In this document: positions 27,910 through 38,509 of the stretch, piece by piece
Position numbering within the stretch: the first letter of the stretch is position 1
How the letters are laid out: every line of letters begins with the position of its first letter
NCBI GenBank assembly: GCA_045593885.1
Contig: JAZNXN010000033.1
Coordinates: 1,682-65,681, forward strand
DNA: 64,000 nt
Direction of reading: 5' to 3'
From: Eubacteriales bacterium
GTDB taxonomy: Bacteria > Bacillota > Clostridia > Oscillospirales > CAG-272
Made by a program: the position numbers and the translations under genes
The notes under the pieces: model-generated
Databases searched by the model: none
Seen by the model: only the letters and a program-made list of their open reading frames with translations
Told to the model about the DNA's origin: nothing

Positions 27910-29785
27910 GAAAACGAAAATCTTCGCCCGCCTTGTAAAAACAATGTTTTCCTTCTATCCGAGAATGCTGCCGCTTGCCCTGTTTCTCATTTTGTTCAGC
28001 GCGCTCGTCAGCTCTATTCCCTCTTTGTTTATGCAGAGGGTTATAGCGGTTATTGAGGAATACTCGGTTATCGGCGATTGGTCGCTCGCATCGAGAGAAA
28101 TTCTGTCAGCGGTGGCTCTGCTCGCCGTATTCTACGTATTATCTCTGATATCTACGGCGTTTTATAATCAGCTGATGGCAATAATAACGCAGGGAACGCT
28201 CAAGCGTATGCGCGAGAAGATGTTCAACCGTATGCAGGTTTTGCCTGTGAAGTATTTCGACTCGAACAACCACGGCGATATTATGAGCTATTACACCAAC
28301 GATATCGACACCCTGCGTCAGATGATATCGCAGAGCTTTCCGCAGATAATCATATCCTTTACGACGGTAATCACGGTGTTCTGCATTATGATTTATTTCA
28401 GCATCTGGTTGGCTCTTATAGTCGTATGCGGCACCTTCCTTATGACCTTCGTTATTAAGAAAGTCGGCGGCGGCTCTGCCAAGCATTTCTTCCGCCAGCA
28501 GACCGCTATCGGTAAGGTAGAGGGCTTTGCCGAGGAGATGATGAACGGACAGAAGGTTGTCAAGGTTTTCTGTCACGAGAAGGAGAGCTGCGCGGACTTT
28601 GACCGTATAAACGACGAGCTTTTCCTCGAAGCAGAGCGCGCGAACAAATACGCAAATACTCTTGGCCCTATTCTGAACAACATAGGAAACGTTTTGTACG
28701 TTATCGTTGCATTCGTTGGCGGCATGCTCTTTGCGTTCAAGGTACCCAACCTCAGTATTCTGGGCTTTTCCGCTATGCAGATAAGCGTTTTTGTGCCCTT
28801 CCTCAATATGACCAAGCAATTTTCGGGAAATATAAATCAGGTGTCGCACCAGATTAACTCGGTTGTTATGGGTATGGCGGGTACACAAAGAATATTCTCG
28901 TTGCTCGACGAGGAGCCCGAAAGGGATGACGGCTACGTCACTCTCGTAAATGCAAGAGAGGTTGACGGAGAAATAGTTGAGTCCGAGGAAAGAACGGGCG
29001 TATGGGCGTGGAAGCATCCTCACTCTGACGGAAGCGTTACCTATACAAGACTCGCAGGCGACGTCAGAATGTTTGACGTTGATTTCGGCTACACCCCCGA
29101 AAAGACCGTGCTTCATAATCTTTCGCTGTATGCAAAGCCGGGACAGAAGGTTGCCTTCGTCGGTGCTACGGGCGCAGGAAAGACCACTGTCACAAACCTC
29201 ATAAACAGGTTTTACGACATAGCCGACGGAAAGATACGGTACGACGGAATAAATATCAACAAGATAAAGAAAAGCGCCCTTCGGCGCTCGCTCGGCATAG
29301 TTTTGCAGGACACCAACCTGTTTACAGGCACGGTTATGGATAACATCCGCTACGGCAGGCTTGATGCGAGTGACGAGGAATGTATGCGCGCAGCAGAGCT
29401 GTCTGGTGCTGACGATTTCATATCAAGGCTGCCCGATGGCTACGACACTATGCTCACCGAAAACGGTGCCAATCTCTCGCAGGGACAGCGCCAGCTTCTG
29501 TCGATTGCAAGGGTTGCGGTTGCAGACCCGCCCGTTATGATTCTTGACGAGGCGACCTCGAGCATTGACACGCGCACCGAGGCAATAGTTGCTCGCGGAA
29601 TGGATGCTCTTATGAAGGGAAGGACGGTATTCGTTATAGCGCACCGTCTGTCAACCGTCAGAAATTCCGACGTTATTATCGTTCTTGAAAAGGGACGGAT
29701 AATCGAGCGCGGAAGCCACGACGAGCTTATCGAAAAGCGCGGTCAGTACTATCGCCTGTACACAGGCGCATTCGAGCTTGAATGA
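27899..29785 (+). CDS. Heterodimeric multidrug-type ABC exporter, subunit 2
   Basis: GATGAGKT, LSQGQRQ, ILDEAT, IAHRLST; overlaps subunit 1. Confidence 0.93.
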   Translation: MKTKKTKIFARLVKTMFSFYPRMLPLALFLILFSALVSSIPSLFMQRVIAVIEEYSVIGDWSLASREILSAVALLAVFYVLSLISTAFYNQLMAIITQGTLKRMREKMFNRMQVLPVKYFDSNNHGDIMSYYTNDIDTLRQMISQSFPQIIISFTTVITVFCIMIYFSIWLALIVVCGTFLMTFVIKKVGGGSAKHFFRQQTAIGKVEGFAEEMMNGQKVVKVFCHEKESCADFDRINDELFLEAERANKYANTLGPILNNIGNVLYVIVAFVGGMLFAFKVPNLSILGFSAMQISVFVPFLNMTKQFSGNINQVSHQINSVVMGMAGTQRIFSLLDEEPERDDGYVTLVNAREVDGEIVESEERTGVWAWKHPHSDGSVTYTRLAGDVRMFDVDFGYTPEKTVLHNLSLYAKPGQKVAFVGATGAGKTTVTNLINRFYDIADGKIRYDGININKIKKSALRRSLGIVLQDTNLFTGTVMDNIRYGRLDASDEECMRAAELSGADDFISRLPDGYDTMLTENGANLSQGQRQLLSIARVAVADPPVMILDEATSSIDTRTEAIVARGMDALMKGRTVFVIAHRLSTVRNSDVIIVLEKGRIIERGSHDELIEKRGQYYRLYTGAFELE

Positions 29786-29823
29786 ACGACGGCGTCCGCT
29801 GAAAATTAAAATCCCCCTGATTG

Positions 29824-29906
29824 AAAATGCCCGACAGTCGTCGGGCATTTTTTTGCTATTGACTTATGAAATGAAATGCCCGACGACTCGTCGGGCATTC
29901 TTTTTT
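29824..29906. terminator. Duplicated terminator hairpins between convergent genes
   Basis: AAATGCCCGAC-agtc-GTCGGGCATTT at 29825 and AATGCCCGACG-act-CGTCGGGCATT at 29875. Confidence 0.8.
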
Positions 29907-29911
29907 GTTTT

Positions 29912-31291
29912 TTAGCTGATGAACGGAGAGATGATTCCGTAAACGAGAATTACGCCGATTATCAGGGGAAGGACGTAGGTGAAATAGACACGCATCCAAT
30001 TCTTAACCTTCAGTCCCTCTCCCATATTAGCCTCTGCCTGATAATTTTTGAAGCCCCAGCCGAATTTCTGAGTGCAGAACAAAATCATAGTGAGAGAGCC
30101 TATGGGAAGCAGAATATTGCTGACGAGGTAGTCCTCAAGGTCAAGGACGGTCCAGCCCTGCTTAATAAAGTCAAGCGAGGGGATAAGGTTAAAGCCTAAA
30201 AGGCAAGGCAGTGCAAGCACAAGCATTCCTACTCCGCATATAATGCAAACCTTCTTTTTGCTCCAGCCCGTCAGCTCCTGAACGCAGGAGATTATATTCT
30301 GGAATACCGCAAGGACGGTTGAGAACGCCGCAAAGGACATAAACACAAAGAACAGAGTTCCCCATATTCTTCCGCCAGTCATTTCCATAAATACGCGTGG
30401 CAGGGTTATGAATATAAGGCTCGGTCCTGCATCGGGTGTAATGCCGAAGCTGAAGCACGCGGGGAATATTATCAATCCCGAGGTTACCGCAACGAAGGTG
30501 TCGAGCACCGCGATGTTAATGCTCTCGCCGAGGAGCGAGCGTTCCTTACCGATGAAGCTGCCGAATATAGCCATAGAGCCGATACCGAGGCTGAGCGTGA
30601 AGAACGCCTGATTCATAGCGGCAACTATTATGTTGAATATACCCGCCTCTCTCATTCTGTCAAGCGACGGAACGAGGTAGAACCTCAAGCCCTCGGATGC
30701 GCCGTCGAGCAAACAGCTGTTTATCGCGAGAATTACTATGAGCGCCAAAAGCGCGAGCATCATATATTTGGTTACCGCCTCAAGCCCCTTCTGCATATCA
30801 AACGAGCAGATGAGAAATCCGAGAACCACGACTATTGCAAGGAAAATGAGAAGCACCCACGGCTCTGAGAGCATACCGTTGAATACGCCCTCTACTGCCT
30901 CAGGAGTTTTTTCAACGCTGTCAAACTTGCCCGTCAGCATATAGTAAAAATACTGGAACATCCAGCCACAAACCGAGGTGTAGAACATCATAAGAAGGAT
31001 GTTTCCCGCGAGCGCGGCATAGCCGTGCCACTTCCACCTATTTGGCTTATCGGTGAGCTTGTCATACATCCTGACAGGGCTTGCCTGCGAGGCACGTCCC
31101 ATAGCAAATTCCATAGTCATAACGGGCATACCCATAATGATGAGGAACAAAAGATAAATGAGGACGAAGATTCCGCCTCCGTACTGTCCCGTTATATATG
31201 GGAATTTCCATACGTTACCGATTCCTATTGCACAGCCTGCACTCAGGAGTATAAAACCGAGGCGGCTGCCAAGCTTTTCTCTCTTTTCCAT
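29912..31291 (-). CDS. Sodium-dependent transporter (NSS/SNF family)
   Basis: GCAIGIGNVWKFPY, QAFFTLSLG, GPSLIFITLP. Confidence 0.93.
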   Translation of the reverse strand: MEKREKLGSRLGFILLSAGCAIGIGNVWKFPYITGQYGGGIFVLIYLLFLIIMGMPVMTMEFAMGRASQASPVRMYDKLTDKPNRWKWHGYAALAGNILLMMFYTSVCGWMFQYFYYMLTGKFDSVEKTPEAVEGVFNGMLSEPWVLLIFLAIVVVLGFLICSFDMQKGLEAVTKYMMLALLALIVILAINSCLLDGASEGLRFYLVPSLDRMREAGIFNIIVAAMNQAFFTLSLGIGSMAIFGSFIGKERSLLGESINIAVLDTFVAVTSGLIIFPACFSFGITPDAGPSLIFITLPRVFMEMTGGRIWGTLFFVFMSFAAFSTVLAVFQNIISCVQELTGWSKKKVCIICGVGMLVLALPCLLGFNLIPSLDFIKQGWTVLDLEDYLVSNILLPIGSLTMILFCTQKFGWGFKNYQAEANMGEGLKVKNWMRVYFTYVLPLIIGVILVYGIISPFIS

Positions 31292-31334
31292 AACAAATCT
31301 CCAAGTTAGTTTAGTATGTCATTTTTTTTAATTA

Positions 31335-32120
31335 TTAACCGTTTTTTCCGTCAGGCTCGGATAGCATTGAGAGCCATGCGAGAGTGAGTATTTTGTCGGG
31401 CAGAAGCTTGAACATAAGATGCTGAAGCTTGGTAAACCAATTGGTGACCGACATAACCCTTCCGCGGCGTGCATCCCTTATCGCCTTGGCAACGACTCGC
31501 TCGGCGTCGAGCATAGGGCGATATTTTTTCGGCATTCTGACCTCGCTCTTTTCGGATGCTATATCCAAAAACTCGGTTTTTACCCAGCCGGGACAAAATG
31601 CTGTTGCGCTGATACCCCTCGGCTTCAGCTCATATTTAAGTGCCTTCGTATAATGAAGGACGAAGGACTTGCCCGCCGCATAAACGTTGAAGTGCGGAAG
31701 CGGTGTGAAGCAGGAGCCTGAGCCAAGCTGAATTATATGAGAGCCGCGCGGCATATAGGGTATTGTGATATTGGTGATAAGCACAAGAGCCTTGACGTTC
31801 AAATCAATCATATTTGAAACGTCACCTTCGGTGAGCTGTGACCAATCACCGAATTTGCCAAAGCCCGATGCGTTTACAAGGTACTGAACCGTGGGGTTGT
31901 CCTCGGCGAGCGCCCTCCTCACCGCCTCAATACCCTCGGCGGTTGTGAGGTCAGCCTCTATAATTTTTGCGTTACCGCCAAGCTCGTCTGCAAGAGCCAG
32001 AAGGCGCTCGCGACGGCGTGCAACGATATAGAAAAAATCCGCTTCCTTCTTTTCATATAACTGAAGCGCAAACTGTCTGCCGATTCCCGAGGATGCGCCC
32101 GTAATAAGAGCCGCTTTCAT
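31335..32120 (-). CDS. Short-chain dehydrogenase/reductase
   Basis: TGASSGIG, NASGFG, YAAGK, CPGWVKT. Confidence 0.92.
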   Translation of the reverse strand: MKAALITGASSGIGRQFALQLYEKKEADFFYIVARRRERLLALADELGGNAKIIEADLTTAEGIEAVRRALAEDNPTVQYLVNASGFGKFGDWSQLTEGDVSNMIDLNVKALVLITNITIPYMPRGSHIIQLGSGSCFTPLPHFNVYAAGKSFVLHYTKALKYELKPRGISATAFCPGWVKTEFLDIASEKSEVRMPKKYRPMLDAERVVAKAIRDARRGRVMSVTNWFTKLQHLMFKLLPDKILTLAWLSMLSEPDGKNG

Positions 32121-32197
32121 TTAGCTCTCCTTCCATAATTATTACAAGTATTATAATAGCAGATTTTTAGGGATTTTGCAAGAGTAAATTTGCTCGC

Positions 32198-32226
32198 TTG
32201 ACAACAACCTGTGCGTATGGTAAAAT
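32198..32226 (+). promoter_or_regulatory. Sigma-A promoter
   Basis: TTGACA-17-TAAAAT with TG extension. Confidence 0.75.
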
Positions 32227-32253
32227 TATTTCGTAAAGAAAGGGGGTGAGCGT

Positions 32254-34626
32254 ATGAAATATCTTGAGAGCGAGGGAAGAATCCTTATGACCGCGCCTGA
32301 GCTTATAGAGATTTCAATTCGACGCTCCCTTACCTTCTATCTTCCACAGGAGGCAGGACGGCTGCGCCGTGCCACGTTAGCCGAGCGCGAGCGCCTTGTT
32401 GATACGAGGGATGATTATTCCTTTGATTTTGATTTTGACCTGCTCGAAAGTTATTTTCGCACAGAGATTTCCCCCGATAAAATCGAGGGTGATGAGATAA
32501 GCTATATTTTTTCGGTCAACCACGCGCCCGACGCAATTGAGAAGGAGGAGGCAAAACGCGCAAGGGGTGAGGCGTTTTTGTGCGCCTACGCCCTTCAAGC
32601 CACTAAAAAAATAAAAGCCCCTCGCATAAAAATCATCTATGTAAACGAAGATGATGGGGAAAGCTATACCGTAAGGGAAAATCCGAGCGAAAAGATGCTC
32701 TCAAAATTCTTCGCAAAGCTATCGGGCGCAGCCTTTGCCTTCGCTCAAGGAGAGATAGAGCGCGTATCGGTGCGCCTGCCATCGATGAAAAAGGTTCGTT
32801 TTCCATATAAAAGCGTGCGCGAGGGACAGAGTGATTTCATCGAGAGCGTTTACCGCACCGTAAAGCGCAAAAGGGTTCTGTTCGCCGCCGCACCTACAGG
32901 CACGGGCAAGACGATTTCGGTGCTCTACCCTGCTATCAAGGCTATGGGCGAGGGGGAAATAGATAAAATTTTCTATCTCACGCCAAAGACCACGACGGCT
33001 ATGGCGGTTATGGATGCGATAGACGAGCTAACTTTGGCAGGCGCACAGATTCGCGCCTGCCAGATAATCGCCAAGGACAGAATATGTCACTTAAAAACCG
33101 TCTGCCGCGAGGATATGCGCTCGTGCAGCTTTACACGCGTTTCAAACGAGAAGCAGGATATTGCGCTATCGCGCGTTTCGGCACTCGGCAAGAGCATGGT
33201 CTTGCGCGAGGATTTTCTCAGCGTTGCGCGCGAGGTAGGTGTATGTCCCTATGAGTTATCGCTCGATTACAGTATGAAATGCGACATTATCGTATGCGAT
33301 TACAACTACCTTTTCGACATACGGGTATATCTCCACAGATATTTTGACGACAAGGGCAGATACTGTTTCCTTATTGACGAGGCGCACAACCTGCTCGAAA
33401 GAGCCAGAGAGCTGTATTCAGCAGAGCTTCGGCTATCTGAGGTAGAGGCTTTTATAGAAAAGCTGCCCGACGGCGCATTCCCCGAAAAGGCGCAAAGGCT
33501 TGCAAGGATAATTTCAAACGCGGTAAAAAGAGAAACAAAGGACACAACAACGACTCTTGCCTCAGGTGAGGTTGTGGGCTTTTCTGCTACCTCACAGTTT
33601 CCCGCAGAGGTGCGCCGTGCCTGCCTGAAATTTGCGGATGAGTGCCGTGCCTTGCTATCCGACAAGGAAAAGCTCAAAAGCACATCCGAGGCAACCGTGA
33701 GGGCGATAAGGGGCTTCTACTACACCCTTGACACCTTCAACTCACGGCTATGGCTGTATGGGCGGCAGTTCAAGACCTTCTATGAGAAAAACGGGGAGGA
33801 TATGTCTGTTAAGAGCGTATGCCTTGACCCCGGGGAGATACTGAAAAGCAAGCTATCTCTCGGAACGAGCGCCGTTCTGTTTTCCGCGACTATGCACCCT
33901 CTTGATTATTACAAGACAGTGCTTGGTGGAGAGAGAAGCGACGACGAGCTGGAAATTCCCTCACCCTTCGACCCTGACCGCTTGTGCATAACCGTGATGG
34001 ACAAGATTCGCACCTCGTATTCGGCAAGAGAGGAAAGTCTGTTTGATGTGTGCGAGGTAATATACGAGACATTCTCGGCAAACCCCGGAAATTATATGGT
34101 ATTTGCACCGAGCTTTTCTTACGCAGAGGCAATATACGAGGCGTTTTCCGAGGCGTTTGGCGAAATACCCTCAATAATACAGAAAAGGAATATGAGCGCA
34201 AGGGCGCGCGAGGAATTTTTGAGTCACTTTACTCCAAATTCAGAGGGGGTAGTAGGCTTTTGCGTGCTGGGCGGTATATATTCCGAGGGCATCGACCTTG
34301 TGGGTGAGTCGCTGATAGGCGCAATAATCGTCGGTGTCGGCATACCGCAGATATCAAACGAGCGCGAGGCAATACGCGAGTATTTTGACGACAAAATGGA
34401 GATGGGCACCGAATACGCCTACACCAACCCCGGAATGAACAGAGTTTTGCAGGCAGCGGGCAGAGTTATTCGCCGCGAGGATGACAGAGGAGTCATAATT
34501 CTCATAGACGAGCGTTTTTCCTCGCGTCCGTACCGCAAAATATTTCCCGAGCATTGGCACGGGCTTCGCTATGCGGGGGATATCGAATCGCTCGCAACGT
34601 TGCTGGAGCGTTTCTGGAACAATTAA
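32254..34626 (+). CDS. ATP-dependent DNA helicase, DinG/XPD (Rad3) family with Fe-S cluster
   Basis: APTGTGKT, four Cys (IC..C..C..CPYE), DYNYLFD, DEAHNL, SAT, EGID, QAAGRVIR. Confidence 0.92.
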   Translation: MKYLESEGRILMTAPELIEISIRRSLTFYLPQEAGRLRRATLAERERLVDTRDDYSFDFDFDLLESYFRTEISPDKIEGDEISYIFSVNHAPDAIEKEEAKRARGEAFLCAYALQATKKIKAPRIKIIYVNEDDGESYTVRENPSEKMLSKFFAKLSGAAFAFAQGEIERVSVRLPSMKKVRFPYKSVREGQSDFIESVYRTVKRKRVLFAAAPTGTGKTISVLYPAIKAMGEGEIDKIFYLTPKTTTAMAVMDAIDELTLAGAQIRACQIIAKDRICHLKTVCREDMRSCSFTRVSNEKQDIALSRVSALGKSMVLREDFLSVAREVGVCPYELSLDYSMKCDIIVCDYNYLFDIRVYLHRYFDDKGRYCFLIDEAHNLLERARELYSAELRLSEVEAFIEKLPDGAFPEKAQRLARIISNAVKRETKDTTTTLASGEVVGFSATSQFPAEVRRACLKFADECRALLSDKEKLKSTSEATVRAIRGFYYTLDTFNSRLWLYGRQFKTFYEKNGEDMSVKSVCLDPGEILKSKLSLGTSAVLFSATMHPLDYYKTVLGGERSDDELEIPSPFDPDRLCITVMDKIRTSYSAREESLFDVCEVIYETFSANPGNYMVFAPSFSYAEAIYEAFSEAFGEIPSIIQKRNMSARAREEFLSHFTPNSEGVVGFCVLGGIYSEGIDLVGESLIGAIIVGVGIPQISNEREAIREYFDDKMEMGTEYAYTNPGMNRVLQAAGRVIRREDDRGVIILIDERFSSRPYRKIFPEHWHGLRYAGDIESLATLLERFWNN

Positions 34627-34654
34627 AAAGGCTGTGTCAACCGACACAGCCTTT
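34627..34654. terminator. Bidirectional terminator
   Basis: AAAGGCTGTGTC-aacc-GACACAGCCTTT. Confidence 0.8.
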
Positions 34655-34661
34655 GTTTATA

Positions 34662-35774
34662 TTACAAAATTCCTTTCATTGTAGGATACAGAGCCTCTGC
34701 CCACGCAGCGCCGCCCTCACTGTTGGGATGACCGCCGTACTTTGCCATATTTCTGTGCTCCGAGTCAAGCGAAAGGACGGGTACGCAGTCAAAAACTGCA
34801 TCAACAAGGTCACATAGGGTGTTCTGTATATAGTAGTTTACCTCGTTCCATTTAGCCGTTACCGCCTCGGAGTAATTAAAGGGCGGTACGGTCTGGAGAA
34901 GAACAGTCTTTCCTTCCTTTTTGAGTATGTTAACTATAGTTGTCAAATCCTGCTTCAGCTGCTCTGCGCTCGCCCCCTGCAATAGGTCGTTGACTCCAAA
35001 GCAAACCGCTATTACGTCATTCTGCTTTGCCTTGTAGAGCCACGCTCCGTCGCTTGCCGCATCGCTCGCTCTGCCGTAGCCGAGTCCTAAATTCCAGTAG
35101 GAATATTTGTCACCGATTTTTTCGGAAACACGCGCAGTCCAATGCGCGTAGGAGTTTATTGGAGCACCTATACCCTGAGTTATTGAGTCGCCGAGATACG
35201 CAACCCTCTTTTCCACCCCTCTGTCGCAGCCAATCATTGCGGGGAATGGAATGTTTGTTGAGTATTGCCAGCCGTTTTCTGTTTTTATGAAGGCGGGGAT
35301 TCTCGTTTCGGGGTGGTTGGGAATCATTTTGCCCTCATAGGTGATTTCAAGGCACAGGTATTCCCCCTTTTCAAAGGAAAGAGGTACCGCGTCCGTGGCG
35401 AAAAACTCACCGGGGACTACGGTTTTTTCTGTTTTTCCTTCAAAGGTGAGCGGTATGAAATCCGAGAGGTCAATTTCGTACTTGTCGGTAAATTCATCGT
35501 ACATATCATCACTCTGACCGAAGGTACATAGTCTCGTTTTCGCCACCCTTATACCCTTTATCCGCCACTCGTGGCAAATGAGGTTTTTGTGACTTTCAGA
35601 GCCGTTGGCAAACGTACTGTCAATTACGTTATTGAACAGAACGGAGTAGTTATACTCCCCGCCAACGCTGATTTTGTAGAACAGTCTACCCGTGTTCACT
35701 CCGTCAGAGGAAAAGAATTTCTGGCTTCCGCTGCCTGCATATGTATTCGATACAAATTTTTCAAAGTATTTCAT
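34662..35774 (-). CDS. SGNH/GDSL hydrolase (carbohydrate esterase-like)
   Basis: GDSITQG, GVND, GGHP catalytic blocks. Confidence 0.85.
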   Translation of the reverse strand: MKYFEKFVSNTYAGSGSQKFFSSDGVNTGRLFYKISVGGEYNYSVLFNNVIDSTFANGSESHKNLICHEWRIKGIRVAKTRLCTFGQSDDMYDEFTDKYEIDLSDFIPLTFEGKTEKTVVPGEFFATDAVPLSFEKGEYLCLEITYEGKMIPNHPETRIPAFIKTENGWQYSTNIPFPAMIGCDRGVEKRVAYLGDSITQGIGAPINSYAHWTARVSEKIGDKYSYWNLGLGYGRASDAASDGAWLYKAKQNDVIAVCFGVNDLLQGASAEQLKQDLTTIVNILKKEGKTVLLQTVPPFNYSEAVTAKWNEVNYYIQNTLCDLVDAVFDCVPVLSLDSEHRNMAKYGGHPNSEGGAAWAEALYPTMKGIL

Positions 35775-36586
35775 AAGCTATCCTCATAATACGGTTTTTC
35801 TATATCAAGGTCACGCTTTATTACCGACTTGAATCGGTCAAGCTCACAATAGAAAACGTCGCCAACCCTCTCGATTTCGTGAGCTGAAAGAATCGTTCCG
35901 TCCCTTACGACACGGTTCCACAACGCTTTCACAGGCATAAGAAGACTATGCACATTGTTTTCCTTTTGCTCAAATTCGGGAATTTTTACTACTCGCTCGC
36001 CCTTACGCGAAAGAATGTACGAGCTTACCCAGAATATTCGGCTATACGGCAGGCGCACCTCTATAACCTCTCCGTTTTTCATTTGAAATCTTAGCACGGG
36101 CGTTTCTATTTTCCCTGGGGAAGCCTTCGTGATGCAATAATAGTCGCGGTTTATGAGAGTGAAAACTCTTCTGCTCGGAAATATCACATCAACGAAATGC
36201 AGATGATAGGTTTTACCGTTATCCTCTATAATCACGTCGCTCTTTTTACCAACGCCGAAAAGAGAAGCGAAGGGGAATCTGCCTATTTTGAAGCTCTCTC
36301 CCTCGATAAGCGTCAGCTTCGCAAGCGATATGTAAAGCCCTACTCTTCTGAAAACGTACCTTATAGCAGGAATTACGTAACGTATAAACGCATAAATCGC
36401 TATAACGAACAGAATAAAACCAAAAATCAATATAAGATTCGTGGAGCTGGAGAATATTTCAGAAAATTTATTACCGATAATCGTACCCATACCCCATATC
36501 AACAGAGCATAGGGAAACAATACCGTCGAGAATAAAAGAAGCGCAACGAGTATGATTATAGCAAACAGGTGTATTCTTTTTTTCAT
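35771..36586 (-). CDS. Hypothetical membrane protein
   Basis: Two N-terminal TM segments; RBS GGGGA; overlaps the SGNH gene by 4 nt. Confidence 0.6.
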   Translation of the reverse strand: MKKRIHLFAIIILVALLLFSTVLFPYALLIWGMGTIIGNKFSEIFSSSTNLILIFGFILFVIAIYAFIRYVIPAIRYVFRRVGLYISLAKLTLIEGESFKIGRFPFASLFGVGKKSDVIIEDNGKTYHLHFVDVIFPSRRVFTLINRDYYCITKASPGKIETPVLRFQMKNGEVIEVRLPYSRIFWVSSYILSRKGERVVKIPEFEQKENNVHSLLMPVKALWNRVVRDGTILSAHEIERVGDVFYCELDRFKSVIKRDLDIEKPYYEDSL

Positions 36587-36700
36587 TGATATCCCCCTTA
36601 AATATTATTACAAAGTGATTTTACTTGTGCTGTTTAATATATTATAACATATTGGGCTGATTTTTCAATATATTTTGGCGGGATTTTATGTGTTCACATA

Positions 36701-36725
36701 AAAAAGCAGGTGAAAAACCTGCTTT
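36701..36725 (-). terminator. Terminator downstream of hpt
   Basis: AAAGCAGGT-gaaaa-ACCTGCTTT with an A-run on the left. Confidence 0.7.
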
Positions 36726-36783
36726 ACATATGTTTTTATATTGGTTGGAAGCGCCAAAACGCAGAAAAATGTCAATCGCGCAG

Positions 36784-36886
36784 GACGCCGTAGATTTTGA
36801 GCGAATTTCTGTGATTTCAATCCGAAGGCGTATAGAATACGTCGAGCTTGGTTGAAAGCGCAAAATTAGCCAAAAGATACAAGCCC
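36784..36886 (+). repeat. Dispersed hairpin repeat, copy 2
   Basis: CCGAAGGCGTAT-aga-ATACGTCGAGCTTGG core within a long imperfect stem; ends GATACAAGCCC. Confidence 0.65.
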
Positions 36887-36890
36887 CTCT

Positions 36891-37445
36891 TTATTCTTCT
36901 GAATATTCCGCTATGTAAGGCAAGCTTCTGTAATACTCGCCGCAGTCAAGACCGTAGCCTATTACGAAAAGGTCGGGAATGGTAAACAGGGAGAGATCGG
37001 GGTTGAATTCGACTATTCTCCTTGATGGCTTGTCGAGCAGGGTGACAACGCGGAGCGAAAGCGGATTTCTTCCGCGCAGAAGCTGAACTATATCGTTAAG
37101 AGTTCTGCCCGTATCAACGATATCCTCAATAATTACCACGTGGTAGCCGCTGATATCGCGGTCAAGGTCCATGGTTATCTGAACGACGCCTGAGGACTGC
37201 GTGCCCTCGTAATAGCTCTTGGCGCACATAAAGCCTATCTCGCAGGGAACAGATACCGCACGGCATATGTCTGCCATAAACACAAACGCGCCCTTGAGTA
37301 TGCTGACGAGAAGTATTGGTCTTCCATCATAAATTTTATCTATTTCCTTGCCTGCCCTTGCAATAGCGCTGTCAATTTCTTCCTTAGTTATTATAACCTT
37401 CTTTATTCTTTTGTTGAAATCCTCAATAGAGCTGATAGCCTTCAT
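36891..37445 (-). CDS. hpt: Hypoxanthine phosphoribosyltransferase
   Basis: ILKGAFVFMAD, IIEDIVDTGRTL, LLDKPSRR, FVIGYGLD. Confidence 0.95.
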   Translation of the reverse strand: MKAISSIEDFNKRIKKVIITKEEIDSAIARAGKEIDKIYDGRPILLVSILKGAFVFMADICRAVSVPCEIGFMCAKSYYEGTQSSGVVQITMDLDRDISGYHVVIIEDIVDTGRTLNDIVQLLRGRNPLSLRVVTLLDKPSRRIVEFNPDLSLFTIPDLFVIGYGLDCGEYYRSLPYIAEYSEE

Positions 37446-37524
37446 AGTAACCTCATAAAAATTGATGATAAAGTAATTGTATCACAAAATACGACACATT
37501 TCAACCTTTTTAGGTATAAAATTT

Positions 37525-38277
37525 TCAGCCGAGAAGCACGTCTGTTACAAGCATAATGCAAAAGCCGAAAAGAAGGGCGTAGGTTGCACCGCGTTGATGA
37601 CCGTGCGCGTGAGTTTCGGGTATCATCTCGTCGCTTATGACGTACAGCATCGTTCCGCCCGCAAACGCAAGCGCAAAGGGCAGAATAGCAGTGGCGATTT
37701 TTACCGCAAAATATCCGATAAGCGTGCCTACCACCTCAACGACTCCCGTCAGCATTGCGAGCAAAAAGGTCTTTCGGGGCTTCACCCCTGCCGCGAGCAT
37801 AGGCCCTATTATAACCATACCCTCGGGTATATTCTGGAGCGCGATACCGCCTGCAATCATTAGTGCCTCTGCGGTGTTTCCCGCGCCAAATCCTACACCT
37901 GCCGCAATTCCCTCCGGCAGATTGTGTATGGCTATTGCCATTACGAACAAAAGCACCTTGCCGAGATTTGCGTTGTGATGTGATTCGTCCTCGCTGCCCA
38001 CGAGCTTATGAAGGTGGGGAACGAGCCTGTCCACAAGGCTAAGGCTCACAGCACCCACAAAAATGCCCGCAACGGTGATGAGAAGCCCCCACTTACCGCC
38101 GTATTCAACCGACGGAAGAATCAGTCCGAGCACCGCCGCCGCAAGCATTACGCCCGCCGCGAAGGACAAAACGATATCCGAAAAGGTATGAGAAAACCGC
38201 TTGAAAATAAATCCTATAACAGCTCCGACGACGGTAGCGCCACCAACACCCAGAGCCGTGAGTAAAACCATTGTCAT
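37525..38277 (-). CDS. ZIP family metal transporter (ZupT/GufA-like)
   Basis: SFAAGVML, IAIHNLPEG, LQNIPEG, EMIPETH. Confidence 0.92.
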   Translation of the reverse strand: MTMVLLTALGVGGATVVGAVIGFIFKRFSHTFSDIVLSFAAGVMLAAAVLGLILPSVEYGGKWGLLITVAGIFVGAVSLSLVDRLVPHLHKLVGSEDESHHNANLGKVLLFVMAIAIHNLPEGIAAGVGFGAGNTAEALMIAGGIALQNIPEGMVIIGPMLAAGVKPRKTFLLAMLTGVVEVVGTLIGYFAVKIATAILPFALAFAGGTMLYVISDEMIPETHAHGHQRGATYALLFGFCIMLVTDVLLG

Positions 38278-38330
38278 AAGCTAACTCCTATATGTAGGGC
38301 TCCCTTTTTTAAGAGGGAGCCACAGCTTCT

Positions 38331-38489
38331 TTATGCTTCGGAAAAGCTATCCTTGCCGGCTCCGCAGAGGGGGCATTCAAAATCGTTGGGAAGGTCCTCG
38401 AATTTCGTACCGGGGGCTATTCCGTTTTCGGGAGAGCCCTGTGCCTCGTCATACTCCCAGCCGCAAAGGTCGCATACGTACTTTTTCAT
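38331..38489 (-). CDS. Rubredoxin (52 aa, not in ORF track)
   Basis: Hand translation: [52 protein letters not shown]; RBS GGAGG. Confidence 0.97.
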   Translation of the reverse strand: MKKYVCDLCGWEYDEAQGSPENGIAPGTKFEDLPNDFECPLCGAGKDSFSEA

Positions 38490-38509
38490 AATCTATATCC
38501 TCCAAAAAA

